Part shown: one piece after another, positions 40,538 through 50,866 of the stretch
How positions within the stretch are numbered: position 1 is the first letter of the stretch
How the letters are laid out: each line of letters begins with the position of its first letter
IMG/VR virus record: IMGVR_UViG_3300028920_000029
Span: 1 to 64,000 of that record
Length of the DNA: 64,000 bases
Strand: one strand, 5' to 3'
Source of the DNA: a virus
Position numbers and translations under genes: made by a program
Notes under the pieces: model-generated
Told to the model about the DNA's origin: nothing
Databases searched by the model: none
Seen by the model: only the letters and a program-made list of their open reading frames with translations

Positions 40538-42271
40538 GTGATTGTTGAGCAGGTTGATCCACTCAGGTTTGTAGAGGAACACTTTACATTACAGGGAAAG
40601 CCATTTATTTTACTAGATGATACCCCAGACAATGCTAGGCATTATTTGCAAGGTATGTATAATACTATTGTCTTTAGGGCACCAGTACTAAAGAAACCCA
40701 TAATTATTGTTAAGGGTCGTCAGGTTGAGATGACAACTACAATGAATAACCTAGTGGCATACTATTTAGCCAACAATAAGTTCTTTGATATTTTGTACAC
40801 GTTTCCTAAAGGGGACCAGGCTAAGCGTTTTTCTGATACAAGGTTTGATCCGTTACTTAGGTATATGAGCGCTGCAGATATACTTCCAAGACTTAAAGAC
40901 GGTACTTATAATAAATCAGTTAAGCAGTTTGCTAATGGTTCCACGTTGTTTATTTATGGTGCGGCGGATAAAGGTGATAACATTCGAAGTATTGCTGCGC
41001 AGATGCTTATAAAGGATGAGTATCAGGATATGGATAAGGCCGTAGAGGAAACGATAGATGAAACATTAACTCACTCGAAGTATAAGCTAAACATATCTTT
41101 AGGTACGCCAAAGTATACGGCCACGAGATTTGAGGAGAGATGGAAACAATCTAATATGATGTACTACAATTTGTTTTGTGAGTCTTGTGGTACACCTTTC
41201 GTATTAACCATGGATAGAATGGTTAAGGAGCATATAGTTAGGTGCCCTAAATGTAAGCATGACGCTGATAAGAGATTACTTATTCCTAACGGTAAGTGGA
41301 TGCACCACGGAGAGAAGGACGCCGACTATTTAGGATTTCACTTATCTCAGCTATACGTACCTTATATAACACTTGAGGAGTTACAAAGGAAAATAAAGCA
41401 GCGTGAGCAGGAAGGGGCCGACGTAGAGCGGTATATTAAGAACGAAATATTAGGGGAGTTTTATAGTGGTATTAGGCAGCAGCCCGACAGAAACGTTATA
41501 AGACGGGCGTTTAATAGGGAGCTACCGTATGATGTGTTTATTCCTATGCATATTAGGGTATATATGGGAATTGATTGGGGTGGTTGGAATTCTATTGACA
41601 ACAACCCAGAAAGCAGCTATACTGTAGTTAGTATAGGAGCGTTTGATAAGTTTGGTAATTTGAGAGTAAACTACATAGAAGTTATAGATGAAAAGGATGA
41701 GATGAAGCAGGTGGATAGAGTATCGCAGCTTATAGATAAGTATCACGTATATCTAGCGGTAGCCGACAAAGGTTATGGTAAAGTAAAGAATCATCACCTT
41801 AAGGTTAAGTGGGGTAATAGATTTAAGGATTGTAAGTATCTACAAGGTAGTGCTGGTACGTTATATAAAGAAGGAGATAATGGTACTATTATGATAAACA
41901 GGGATTATTCATTAGAGGAACTATATTCGTCTATGGGTAATGGTAATATGCAGATTCCGCATAACGATCGTACAGAGTGGATCATAGAGCATTTTCTTAA
42001 TCATGAGATTATGGTTGAGGAACACGGAGGAACCGTGTACAAAAGATTTGTTAAGGTTGACGGGCATAATAAAAGAACTGACGCTGTACATTCTATAAAC
42101 TATTTAAGGATAGCAGCGTTTAAAGATAATAAAGCTTATGACCACTCACCGCTTATAGGGGCAGATAAGAAAAGGCATCAGGCCCCGAGGCCTAGGTTAT
42201 CTGGATCGGCTTTGGAAGGGCCGACTATGATGAAAATCCATAAACAGTTAAAAGCTATGAGAAGGTCCTAA
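40538..42271 (+). CDS. terL: terminase large subunit (lambda GpA-like)
   Basis: KGRQVEMTT, TFP..AKRFS, IKDEYQD (Walker B), GTPK, Zn ribbon CESC..CPKC, GFHLSQLY, MGIDWGG nuclease motif. Confidence 0.9.
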   Translation: MIVEQVDPLRFVEEHFTLQGKPFILLDDTPDNARHYLQGMYNTIVFRAPVLKKPIIIVKGRQVEMTTTMNNLVAYYLANNKFFDILYTFPKGDQAKRFSDTRFDPLLRYMSAADILPRLKDGTYNKSVKQFANGSTLFIYGAADKGDNIRSIAAQMLIKDEYQDMDKAVEETIDETLTHSKYKLNISLGTPKYTATRFEERWKQSNMMYYNLFCESCGTPFVLTMDRMVKEHIVRCPKCKHDADKRLLIPNGKWMHHGEKDADYLGFHLSQLYVPYITLEELQRKIKQREQEGADVERYIKNEILGEFYSGIRQQPDRNVIRRAFNRELPYDVFIPMHIRVYMGIDWGGWNSIDNNPESSYTVVSIGAFDKFGNLRVNYIEVIDEKDEMKQVDRVSQLIDKYHVYLAVADKGYGKVKNHHLKVKWGNRFKDCKYLQGSAGTLYKEGDNGTIMINRDYSLEELYSSMGNGNMQIPHNDRTEWIIEHFLNHEIMVEEHGGTVYKRFVKVDGHNKRTDAVHSINYLRIAAFKDNKAYDHSPLIGADKKRHQAPRPRLSGSALEGPTMMKIHKQLKAMRRS

Positions 42272-42283
42272 CGGAGGTACTAT

Positions 42284-43909
42284 ATGTACATTGAGAAAAA
42301 TCAGCCACAGATGAGTTCAAGATCAAAAAATATAATTAAGAACTCTCAGGCTTCTACTCCTGCAAATGTATTACGCAGGGAAGCGGCTATAGGTACTAGC
42401 GCTATGAGTCCTGGAGTTTTAGGTGCGGTTAACAGTGGTCCAGTTTTACGTATGGCTATGAAGCCGTTCTCTCCACTATACCAAGAATCTAACCTCATGC
42501 TTCCAAAAGATAGGAAGACCATGAACGCTTATAATAGACATTACTATGAAACGGACTACTGGGTAGGCAATGCTATAGAACTACATACAACCTTCCCGTT
42601 GGGAGGGTTTCAGATAATTTCAAGGCACAAAGAAATAGAAAAAGTGTTTAACAAGATGGCAAAAAAGATAGACTTATATAATATACTATTGGCAGTTGGT
42701 TTGGAATATTGGATATACGGAGAGTCATTCCCATTCTTAGAGTGGGATGAGACAGAAGGAATGTGGTATAGGGCAACCGTATTTAATCCAGACCTTATTG
42801 AAGTACGTAGGACTCCGTTCTCTAACAAATCAATAATATCACTTATACCAGATTCAGAACTTAAACGAATAGCGACATCGACTCACCCCTCTGACCAGGT
42901 ATTACGTTCGCAGATATCGCCGAAGATTCTCGATTACGTCCTAAAGGGTGAGTCGATTCCTTTAAACTTTAGAAACGTTGCTCACGTAGTTAGAAAGACG
43001 GTCCACCATGACGTTAGAGGAACATCTATTATTCAGCGTGTTTGGAAAGAGCTTATGCTTAGAGACGCTATGAGAGAGGTTCTTTTTGTTATGGCGCAGA
43101 ACCACATAACTCCGTTAAAGATATTTAGGATTGGAGGGAAGGAGAAAGATTACTTCCCGACGGATGATGAACTTGAGTACTGGCAGGGTATAGTTGAGGA
43201 AGCTCAGAACGACCCGAACTACTCAATTGTTACTCACGAAGCTTTCGATGTAGAGTATAAAGGTTTTACTGGGCAGGTCCTTGACGTTACACAATACTTA
43301 AAGCTTATAGAAGATCACGTTCTTCAGGGTCTTGGAGTTACTAAGGCTATCATTTCTGCCGAGGGTGTTGCTTATGCTAATGCTTCTGTAGCGTATGAAA
43401 TTCTACAGAAGAGATACTCATATGTTAGAAACGTTATGTCTCAATGGCTTATCAATAAGGTATTTATGCCAGTGTCCATCGCACACGGATTTAAAGATAA
43501 GCGTGGGGGATATATAGTTCCTATGATTAAGTGGGACAACATATCCTTTACTAAGGATGGAGATTGGAGAAGGATGATTGTTGACCTTAATAAGTCTAAA
43601 AAGGTATCTGATAGAACACTCATTACTGAAGTTGGTCTTGACTACGACGAAGAGCAGGAGCTAGTAATTAAAGAACAAGTAGCGGCCAAACTTAAGAAGG
43701 AAAATATAAAAGCTATGCAGGATCAGGCCGAAAGCGGAGGTCTTGGGGACCTTGGCGGTATGGGAGGCGGAATGGATCTTGGTGGCGGCATGGGAGGAAT
43801 GGGCGGAGGAATGTCTGACCTAGGAGACTTAGGAGAGGGATTTGCTGGCGAAGGTGGAGAAGTTCCTTCAGGAGAAATGGGAGGCGGCGAGGAACTCGGC
43901 GCTCCATAA
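42284..43909 (+). CDS. portal protein
   Basis: Directly after TerL; AIELHTTFPL, EYWIYGE, HVVRK...RGTSII, YANASVA; Gly/Met-rich acidic tail. Confidence 0.8.
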   Translation: MYIEKNQPQMSSRSKNIIKNSQASTPANVLRREAAIGTSAMSPGVLGAVNSGPVLRMAMKPFSPLYQESNLMLPKDRKTMNAYNRHYYETDYWVGNAIELHTTFPLGGFQIISRHKEIEKVFNKMAKKIDLYNILLAVGLEYWIYGESFPFLEWDETEGMWYRATVFNPDLIEVRRTPFSNKSIISLIPDSELKRIATSTHPSDQVLRSQISPKILDYVLKGESIPLNFRNVAHVVRKTVHHDVRGTSIIQRVWKELMLRDAMREVLFVMAQNHITPLKIFRIGGKEKDYFPTDDELEYWQGIVEEAQNDPNYSIVTHEAFDVEYKGFTGQVLDVTQYLKLIEDHVLQGLGVTKAIISAEGVAYANASVAYEILQKRYSYVRNVMSQWLINKVFMPVSIAHGFKDKRGGYIVPMIKWDNISFTKDGDWRRMIVDLNKSKKVSDRTLITEVGLDYDEEQELVIKEQVAAKLKKENIKAMQDQAESGGLGDLGGMGGGMDLGGGMGGMGGGMSDLGDLGEGFAGEGGEVPSGEMGGGEELGAP

Positions 43910-43928
43910 TAATAGGAGGTAATACAAC

Positions 43929-44321
43929 ATGGCAATAATCAATCAGAGGTATAAGACAGTTATAACAGATGATTTGAGTACGGACCCGCAGGTTACTCAG
44001 GAAGTTAACTATACGAACTCAAACTATGACAACCACATAACTAAGACCATTACAGCTAGTTCATCTGGGGACGGCGCTATATCTAGCAACACTCCAGTAA
44101 GCATTATAAATGAGTCTAGTGATGCACGGTATGTTATTATTAACAGTACAAAGAAGGTACACCTGTATCTTAACTCGGCTACGTCTCCGACAGTAACAGG
44201 AACTAACCAGGATTTATCGGCTACGTTCATGGTACTGGACGGTAACATAAATGAGGTGTGGGCGGTTAACACCGACACTGACGGGAACTCGGCCTACATT
44301 AAGGTGGTATACGTTTATTAA
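43929..44321 (+). CDS. putative structural protein
   Basis: AGGAGG RBS; beta-rich S/T/N composition. Confidence 0.45.
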   Translation: MAIINQRYKTVITDDLSTDPQVTQEVNYTNSNYDNHITKTITASSSGDGAISSNTPVSIINESSDARYVIINSTKKVHLYLNSATSPTVTGTNQDLSATFMVLDGNINEVWAVNTDTDGNSAYIKVVYVY

Positions 44322-44332
44322 GGAGGTAGTGG

Positions 44333-44545
44333 ATGGGTAGCAGAAAGAAAGGTAAGAATAGACATAATCCCAGAGTTGGGCGATTTAAAGTTCTTGATCT
44401 GGTCTCTATGGCTAACATTACTTTTGGCAGCGATGACTTTAAAAAGTATGCCGCAGCTTACGCCAAAGGTAAGAACACGACAGTTGAAGCCTTATCGAAA
44501 CCTGAACTTTTATCGCTGTATCAGAAGTATTTGGGAGGACAATAA
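44333..44545 (+). CDS. hypothetical basic protein
   Basis: AGGAGG RBS. Confidence 0.55.
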   Translation: MGSRKKGKNRHNPRVGRFKVLDLVSMANITFGSDDFKKYAAAYAKGKNTTVEALSKPELLSLYQKYLGGQ

Positions 44546-44548
44546 TAC

Positions 44549-45430
44549 ATGAAACTTAATAGGCGCATAGTATTTGCTAAAGGAAAGTTCTATATAAAGA
44601 ACATTACCGTTCCAATGATACATGAGTATTACAACTCAGTACTTCCAAGAATGGAATCTGAGTTGGAGGATAACAAACTATATCTTCTTAATGGTGTAGA
44701 GGCTGTTAAGACTTTAAAAGATAACGAACCTTTTGTTATGGTACACGTCTCTCCGTTACGTGGAGTAGGTGATAGTGTTTTCAAACCAATAGTTAAAGAG
44801 TTTATATCTACTGTTCAGGGTATGCCAGATATAGATAGTCTTCAGGTATACTTTGATGGTAATAGAGGATATAAGATATGTCCGTATTTTGGAGGACCCA
44901 AACGTATGTCTGATAGCAACTCAGCGCTAACTGAGCTACTTAATCCACTGTTCACTAAATATGTTGATAAGGTTCGTTCTACAGTAAATGTGCCAAATCA
45001 GCGCGTAACTTTACCTTACTCCATAAATAAAGACACGGGTCTTGCGCAGATACCAGTTAAAGATTTAGATACATTTAACGCGGAAGATGCCAAGATTACA
45101 AACTATACTAAGGCTAGCTACGTTATGCTGCCAGAGTCAGAAAGCGAAGTTCCAGCTATAGGTATAGACTTTGATAACACTCTCTTTCTTCCTTATGGTG
45201 AAGACTATTATTCTGGAGAGCTAAATGAAAGTGTAGCTGAGTTAGCTATCTATGCTAAGAAGGCAGGTTATAAAGTTATAATATTAACCGCCAGGGTAGT
45301 TAACCATCCAGAAGACATCGATTTCATAGCTAAGTTTTTGGAAGCGCACGGGGTTCCATTCGATGAGATTACACCCATAAAGAAGCCAGAGATTGAGATA
45401 ATAATTGATGACAAGGCTGTAGCGCCGTAA
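44549..45430 (+). CDS. degenerate AEP primase-like domain fused to HAD-family phosphatase
   Basis: VYFDGNRGYKI and RVTLPYSINKDTGL resemble AEP/PriS motifs. HAD motifs IGIDFDNTL, ILTAR, K, IDDKA. Confidence 0.6.
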   Translation: MKLNRRIVFAKGKFYIKNITVPMIHEYYNSVLPRMESELEDNKLYLLNGVEAVKTLKDNEPFVMVHVSPLRGVGDSVFKPIVKEFISTVQGMPDIDSLQVYFDGNRGYKICPYFGGPKRMSDSNSALTELLNPLFTKYVDKVRSTVNVPNQRVTLPYSINKDTGLAQIPVKDLDTFNAEDAKITNYTKASYVMLPESESEVPAIGIDFDNTLFLPYGEDYYSGELNESVAELAIYAKKAGYKVIILTARVVNHPEDIDFIAKFLEAHGVPFDEITPIKKPEIEIIIDDKAVAP

Positions 45431-45447
45431 GGCAGGAAGGAGGTTTT

Positions 45448-46203
45448 ATGGTTACTGCGGAGAAGTTTACTCCGAAGAAACTCAAAATTCTAAATAAAGT
45501 AGTTAGTTTGTGCGCAAAAGGAATGTCCAAACGAGGTATAGACGCAAAGCTTGGTGTGGACAGAAGTACTATCAGGTATGACTTTGTAAGCTCCTATAAT
45601 GTAACATTTGATTATGCTAACAAAGTTTCTCAGGATGTTCTAAAGCATAAGCTTACGTATCTTGATGTAAAATCTAAGTATGGTAGAAAAGGCTTAACTG
45701 CATTGTGGCACTTTCATGTGTTATTAGAGCAGAATAGGTATCTAAAGTTAGGTACAAAAGTTAAGGACTTTAGGGAGAAGGGTTTATCGTTTGGCGAGAT
45801 CGGTAAGAAGTTAAACTTGTCTTATACATCTACCAACATGGCTTATAGAAAGCTAATGAATGTTACAAGGACTGGAAACGTTCACTGCGATAAGGGAGAA
45901 AAGTTGGCCAAAAAAGTGTTGAGTCTCTATGCGGAAGGAAAGACGATAAAAGAAATAGCTAAGACAGTAAAACGTACAGAGGCTCATATAAGGTCTACAC
46001 TCAGGGAAAAGTTTGGTATAGCTATTAAACCAACTAAGTACAATCTTACTGACGCAGATTTGGGAAAGCTGCATAAATTACGTGGTAAGCTTTCCTGGGC
46101 AGAGTTAGCGTATGTTTTTTCTGTACCACGACAGTCTTTACAATATCAGTATAGTAGGTATCTAGCCGAAAGGAGGCATACAAATGCCAAAGAAAAAAAG
46201 TAA
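45448..46203 (+). CDS. multi-HTH DNA-binding protein
   Basis: Four HTH-like units (GMSKRGIDAKLGV, GLSFGEIGKKLNL, GKTIKEIAKTV, LSWAELAYVFSV). Confidence 0.7.
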   Translation: MVTAEKFTPKKLKILNKVVSLCAKGMSKRGIDAKLGVDRSTIRYDFVSSYNVTFDYANKVSQDVLKHKLTYLDVKSKYGRKGLTALWHFHVLLEQNRYLKLGTKVKDFREKGLSFGEIGKKLNLSYTSTNMAYRKLMNVTRTGNVHCDKGEKLAKKVLSLYAEGKTIKEIAKTVKRTEAHIRSTLREKFGIAIKPTKYNLTDADLGKLHKLRGKLSWAELAYVFSVPRQSLQYQYSRYLAERRHTNAKEKK

Positions 46204-47323
46204 CGCAAGGCTTACTACAAGGGACAAAGAGATCATTCATGCTTTAAAGAACAAAGGTAATTCTGTAGATGAAATTGCGGAGTTTTTGGAAATCTCAAAG
46301 AAGCGCGTAGAGATGGTTTTGAAGACGTTTGAGCCCTCAGATGTACTAGATACGTTTAAGACATCGTATCAGGAAAAGGTAGAGCAGATTGAGGATTTTG
46401 AAAGGATACTTCAGAACAAGAAAGACAGTGCCGACAAAGGAAAAGAGATATGGGAGATAATGAAAAAGAAGCATGTCGACTATAAGGCCAGTTGGGAGGC
46501 AGACAGCAAGGCAACATTTAACTTTAAGCAAAGGAATATATGCTTAGCGTTGGTAGCGGACTTCCATATAGGCCACGAGGGAGTAGATCTTGAGAGGTTG
46601 GAACAGGACCTAAGGTTACTGGCGAAGACACCTAATATGTATATGGCGTTTTTAGGAGACTCGATAGATAACTTTATTGATTTAGAACATAGAGAGGCCA
46701 TGATTAACGCAGTTACATCTCCTAAGGAGCAGCTATATATGTTGCTGCATATGTTTAAAAACATACTTAAGGAGCCTAGTCATAAGATATTGTTTGCCAC
46801 AAAGGATAATCACGTTACTCACAGAAACAAAAAGAATACTGGTATAGACTGGTCGAATAAGTTATGGAGTGACATGAATGTTTTTTATGGCGGTGAGGAG
46901 GTTTTGGCTACACTTAACGTAGGTAAGGTTTCCTATAAGCTATTGGCTCGCCACAAGTATAGAGGTAAGTCAAATATACATTTGACTGCCAGTTGTAAGA
47001 ACCTACTTAAGAATGGTAGATATGAGGATGTTGATATTGTGGGGTTGGCTCATACACATGAGGGTGCCGTGGAAAACTTCAGCTATAGAGGTAGGTCTAG
47101 GGTAGCATGTCAGACAAGTACCTATAAGTTGTTTGATCCGTATGCCGCTAAGTTGGGGTTTGATAAGCCTAACATATACATGCCGTGTGTAATACTTTCT
47201 CCAGACGAGAAGGAGTATGTTACATGTACAAGTATAAAGAAGGGCGCAGAGATGATTACAAAAATGAACGCGGGACCAGAATGTAAGTGTAAAACTAGAA
47301 GAAAAGTTAAAAGGAGAAAATAG
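46184..47323 (+). CDS. HTH + calcineurin-like metallophosphoesterase
   Basis: GNSVDEIAEFLEIS; DFHIG, GDSID, DNH, ARH, AHTH. Confidence 0.8.
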   Translation: MPKKKSNARLTTRDKEIIHALKNKGNSVDEIAEFLEISKKRVEMVLKTFEPSDVLDTFKTSYQEKVEQIEDFERILQNKKDSADKGKEIWEIMKKKHVDYKASWEADSKATFNFKQRNICLALVADFHIGHEGVDLERLEQDLRLLAKTPNMYMAFLGDSIDNFIDLEHREAMINAVTSPKEQLYMLLHMFKNILKEPSHKILFATKDNHVTHRNKKNTGIDWSNKLWSDMNVFYGGEEVLATLNVGKVSYKLLARHKYRGKSNIHLTASCKNLLKNGRYEDVDIVGLAHTHEGAVENFSYRGRSRVACQTSTYKLFDPYAAKLGFDKPNIYMPCVILSPDEKEYVTCTSIKKGAEMITKMNAGPECKCKTRRKVKRRK

Positions 47324-47324
47324 A

Positions 47325-47615
47325 ATGGGTATGTATGATTGGGTGGAGTACTCTTGTAAGTGCCCAAAGTGTGGGACCAAAGTTGATGGGTTTCAAACTA
47401 AGAGTGGGCCAAGTATGCTAAAGGTGCTTAAAGTTGGTGAGGTGGATAACTTTTACTCCTCGTGCGAAAAGTGCGGTACTTGGGTAGAGTACACCCTTAA
47501 ACCTGATTCAAAGCATTTGTATAGCATTGACGACTATACTATGTCTACTGAAAATCCACTGGCTTCAGATGATGATGCCGATGACTTTGAGGAGCCAATG
47601 GATACTCAGAGATAA
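47325..47615 (+). CDS. Zn-ribbon protein
   Basis: MGMYDWV..CPKCG..FQTK..CEKCG. Confidence 0.65.
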   Translation: MGMYDWVEYSCKCPKCGTKVDGFQTKSGPSMLKVLKVGEVDNFYSSCEKCGTWVEYTLKPDSKHLYSIDDYTMSTENPLASDDDADDFEEPMDTQR

Positions 47616-47710
47616 AATCTAACCGCCCGTGTGCGGGCATAATTTAAAGCTAATCGTCCCAGGTTGGGTAGCCCTGGCCTGGGACTATAAGTTCTTTCGG
47701 CTATTTTCCT

Positions 47711-47743
47711 AGTCCCCCGACAGCCTCGGGGGACTTTTTCTTT
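47711..47743 (+). terminator. intrinsic terminator
   Basis: AGTCCCCCGA-CAGCC-TCGGGGGACT followed by TTTTCTTT. Confidence 0.85.
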
Positions 47744-47827
47744 CCAATCTATGCCATATTCGGTATAATTCTGTCAATTTCTTGCTACACCCAACTCCAT
47801 ATATATTATAGAGGGGAAAGGAGAGGT

Positions 47828-48088
47828 ATGTTGAATATAAGGTTTTTAAGGCGTTTAGCAGAGGGCGGTTCTTCACAGCCAGCTCCTAGTTTAGGGGATG
47901 CAACTAGTGGACCAGTTCCTACCACAGACCCAGAAGGTACTGGAGATCCAGAAAATATATCTAACAGATATAAGTATGAACGTATGTACAGTAAGATATC
48001 TTTAGATAAGCTTTTGGAGTTATATCCAGAGCTTAGTAAAAATATAAAAGATGTAAAAGATCAATACAACAGGAATTATTGGGAGTAA
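47828..48088 (+). CDS. hypothetical protein (starts MLNIRFLRRLA)
   Basis: AGGAGAGG RBS; possible promoter TTGCTA..TATTAT at 47782-47809. Confidence 0.55.
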   Translation: MLNIRFLRRLAEGGSSQPAPSLGDATSGPVPTTDPEGTGDPENISNRYKYERMYSKISLDKLLELYPELSKNIKDVKDQYNRNYWE

Positions 48089-48091
48089 ATT

Positions 48092-48265
48092 ATGTCATTT
48101 AAAAAGATCGGGGATTCAACACTAACAAAGGTAATCAAAGAGGATGATGGGGAAGATAAGGTTATGTTAGTGTGCCCTAAATGTGGAGTTAGATACTCTT
48201 CATCAACCTGCCCAAATTGTGACGGAGGATCCAAAAAGGATGGACGCGAAAGCAAAAGCAAATAA
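48092..48265 (+). CDS. small Zn-ribbon protein (57 aa, not in track)
   Basis: GGGAG RBS; CPKCG...CPNCDG. Confidence 0.6.
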   Translation: MSFKKIGDSTLTKVIKEDDGEDKVMLVCPKCGVRYSSSTCPNCDGGSKKDGRESKSK

Positions 48266-50735
48266 GGTTTTGGAGTACGTAGAAACAGCCCCTAAGACGC
48301 CTACCTCAGAAGAGGTAGCAACTCTTAACCAGGCTAACGCTGAGAAGCGCGCCGAGTTTACCAACGTATTAATAGATAATATTAAGAACGGGTATGTTTC
48401 CTACGAGGACGCAGTTAAACGCGCCAAGAATTACTCCAAAAATCCTGATGACGCAAGCGTTATACTTGCCAGGATTAGCGAATACGAGTTTCCTATGCAG
48501 CGTTCAGCTAGCGAGAAATCTAAATCGGAGGTTGAGAATATGGATCCTATTGCAGAGAATCTGAATGTTCTTGCTAAAAGGTTTCCCAACTGGTCCAGGT
48601 GTCTTGGAGAAGTCCTGAAAGATGAAGGATGGATTAAAGATAGCTGGAACATGGGTACTGGAGAGCAAGCCCCGCCCGATAATACTATCGAGCAGGTGAA
48701 GAAAGAAGAAGACAACAGAATGAAGTCACAAACAAAGGAAGGTGAATCCCAGATGAAAGACAACGAGAAGAAGAAAGAAGAGCATCTTAGGGCTGACGAC
48801 AAGTCTCCTAAGAAAGAAGCAGCTGACAAGAAAGCCTGGAATTTAGGTACAGGAGATGCAGTTGATTCTAAGAAGTGGGACAAGAACGTAGACAAAGAAG
48901 AAGAGAAGAGAAAAGGCGCCGAGATTAAGGAAGGCGAAAAGGTAATGAAAGAGAACGAAAAGAAAAGAGAAGAGTACCTAAGGGCTGGATCCGAGCAGTG
49001 GAAAGTTACACTTGCTAAGGATGAGAAGAACGTTAGAAAATCAGCCTGGGAGATCAGGGATACAAAAGATGGAGACCTTGTAGTTAGGGCAACCATTGAT
49101 GACATCACTGATGGTAACGAAAAGTTTACTGATGAAGCTATTGCAGAAGCTACTTCAGAAGACTTCGGAAACCTTATCACAGAAAATCTTGGAGAGCACG
49201 GCTTGGAAGCTGTTGCTAAAACACTTCTTGGTGACGACCTTACCAAGTATGCTATGGCAGAAGAAGGTTCAATTGATCAGTCCAACAAGGACACATCAAT
49301 GTTTAACGTAAAAAACTATGGTGCTACCCAGGGTAAGGGTGGAAAGGACATAGATTTTGGTAAGACAGAAGTTAAAGAAGGCGGAGAAGCAGGTAAGCAC
49401 GTTGATGCAGAAAACAAAGTATCAATGGAAAAGATCGCTTCTCAGTACTTTGCATACAGGGGTATCTTTGCTGACCTTAAGGATACAGTTTCAGAGTTTG
49501 CTAAAAAGGCTGAATCAAAGTCAGTTAGCGAGCTCGTTAAGAAAGCAGAAGATATGCTTGACGGCGTTAAGACAATGATAGACGAAGGAGCTCCAGAAGG
49601 AGATATTATAGAGCCATTAGCTGATGCAGGTTCTTCACTTAATCAGCTTAATGACATCTCATCTCTGATCGCAGAAGCTAAGGGTATGACTGACGACCCA
49701 GCTTTGGCTGAGCTTCTTGATAAAATAGAGGCTGCAGCTGCTCCAGCAGCAGACGTAGCTATAGAAGGAGAAGTAGAAATAGAATCATCTGACGCTCCTG
49801 CAGAGGAAGAAGCTTCTGAAGAAGAGAAGGAAGAAAAGGAAGAGGAAGAAGTAGACGAAACAGTTGAAGCAGCAAACTCACTGAAGAACAAACTCAAAAA
49901 GATGGCTGCTGGTAAAGACTCAAAAGACTATGACATTCCTCAGACTCACAACATTCAGAAAGATTTCCACGGCGGAGAAAAAGGAATACAGCAGGATGGA
50001 GCTAAGTTCCATAACATATGGGAAGTAGCAAAAGAAATAGACGCTATCGGCGGAAAGAAAGCTGCTGGTAAGCTGTCATCCATGCTTGCAAAGATAAAGA
50101 AAATCGCAGAAGAAAAGGGCGTAGATCCTAAGAAGTACTTCGATTCAATATTCGGAGATCCTAAAGCTACAAAAGAGTACCTAGCACCTAACTCAGTTGA
50201 CGGAGTTATGAGCGAATGGAACGCAGCTACAAAGGACAGCACTTCACAGTCTTACGCTAACTTAATAACAAAAGTAAAGAAAGCATATTGGGCAGCCCAG
50301 GACATGGTTAAGAGGGGTATGCTTAAAGAATCAAAAGAAGAGATCGATTCTCAGGTTGATAGGTTCATAAACATGGACGAAAAGAACATGGAGAACTATC
50401 TTGAAAGCCTGGAGAAGCTCTCAGCTTCCATCGATTTTGAAGATGGAAGGATCAAAGTAGCTGTTATAGACCCAGCAGAAGACAAGTTTGTTGTTAGAGG
50501 ATTTGTTGATGGTGTTCCTGTAGCAAGGTTTACTAAGGAAGACCTTAACATCTCTGGCAAGGTAACTAGAACTGCACTGAGAAGGTCAGCGGCTCTTACA
50601 AAAACAGCTCTTGAAAACGGAATGTTTGACGAAGTTTTGGCAGACGACGACGCTCTTGAATCAGTAGGCGAAACGCTTGATGGTATGAACGTTGGCGTGG
50701 AAGAAACCAAACTTACAAACATAAACGATTTTTAA
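48240..50735 (+). CDS. prohead scaffold/core-like protein
   Basis: Very acidic, helical, immediately upstream of the capsid genes; internal repeat (SWNMGTGE.../AWNLGTGD...). Start reassigned to ATG 48240. Confidence 0.6.
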   Translation: MDAKAKANKVLEYVETAPKTPTSEEVATLNQANAEKRAEFTNVLIDNIKNGYVSYEDAVKRAKNYSKNPDDASVILARISEYEFPMQRSASEKSKSEVENMDPIAENLNVLAKRFPNWSRCLGEVLKDEGWIKDSWNMGTGEQAPPDNTIEQVKKEEDNRMKSQTKEGESQMKDNEKKKEEHLRADDKSPKKEAADKKAWNLGTGDAVDSKKWDKNVDKEEEKRKGAEIKEGEKVMKENEKKREEYLRAGSEQWKVTLAKDEKNVRKSAWEIRDTKDGDLVVRATIDDITDGNEKFTDEAIAEATSEDFGNLITENLGEHGLEAVAKTLLGDDLTKYAMAEEGSIDQSNKDTSMFNVKNYGATQGKGGKDIDFGKTEVKEGGEAGKHVDAENKVSMEKIASQYFAYRGIFADLKDTVSEFAKKAESKSVSELVKKAEDMLDGVKTMIDEGAPEGDIIEPLADAGSSLNQLNDISSLIAEAKGMTDDPALAELLDKIEAAAAPAADVAIEGEVEIESSDAPAEEEASEEEKEEKEEEEVDETVEAANSLKNKLKKMAAGKDSKDYDIPQTHNIQKDFHGGEKGIQQDGAKFHNIWEVAKEIDAIGGKKAAGKLSSMLAKIKKIAEEKGVDPKKYFDSIFGDPKATKEYLAPNSVDGVMSEWNAATKDSTSQSYANLITKVKKAYWAAQDMVKRGMLKESKEEIDSQVDRFINMDEKNMENYLESLEKLSASIDFEDGRIKVAVIDPAEDKFVVRGFVDGVPVARFTKEDLNISGKVTRTALRRSAALTKTALENGMFDEVLADDDALESVGETLDGMNVGVEETKLTNINDF

Positions 50736-50744
50736 TTTTAGTAG

Positions 50745-50866
50745 TGCCCCGACTCCCTAGCGGAGTCGGGTCGCTCCCCTGCGGCACAATGTCGCCTTAT
50801 GAGGATAACACGGAGCGAACCTGACGAAGTAAAGGGTAAGGGCAATAAAGACTTTAAAGTCTTTAT
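50745..50866 (+). ncRNA. candidate structured RNA leader upstream of capsid genes
   Basis: TGCCC/GGGCA closing stem enclosing CCGACTCC/GGAGTCGG and CGCTCC/GGAGCG stems; then a perfect 22-bp palindrome at 50845-50866. Confidence 0.45.

Noticed and set aside
50821-50850. Hammerhead ribozyme (CTGACGA)
   Set aside because: No stem II followed by GAAA downstream.
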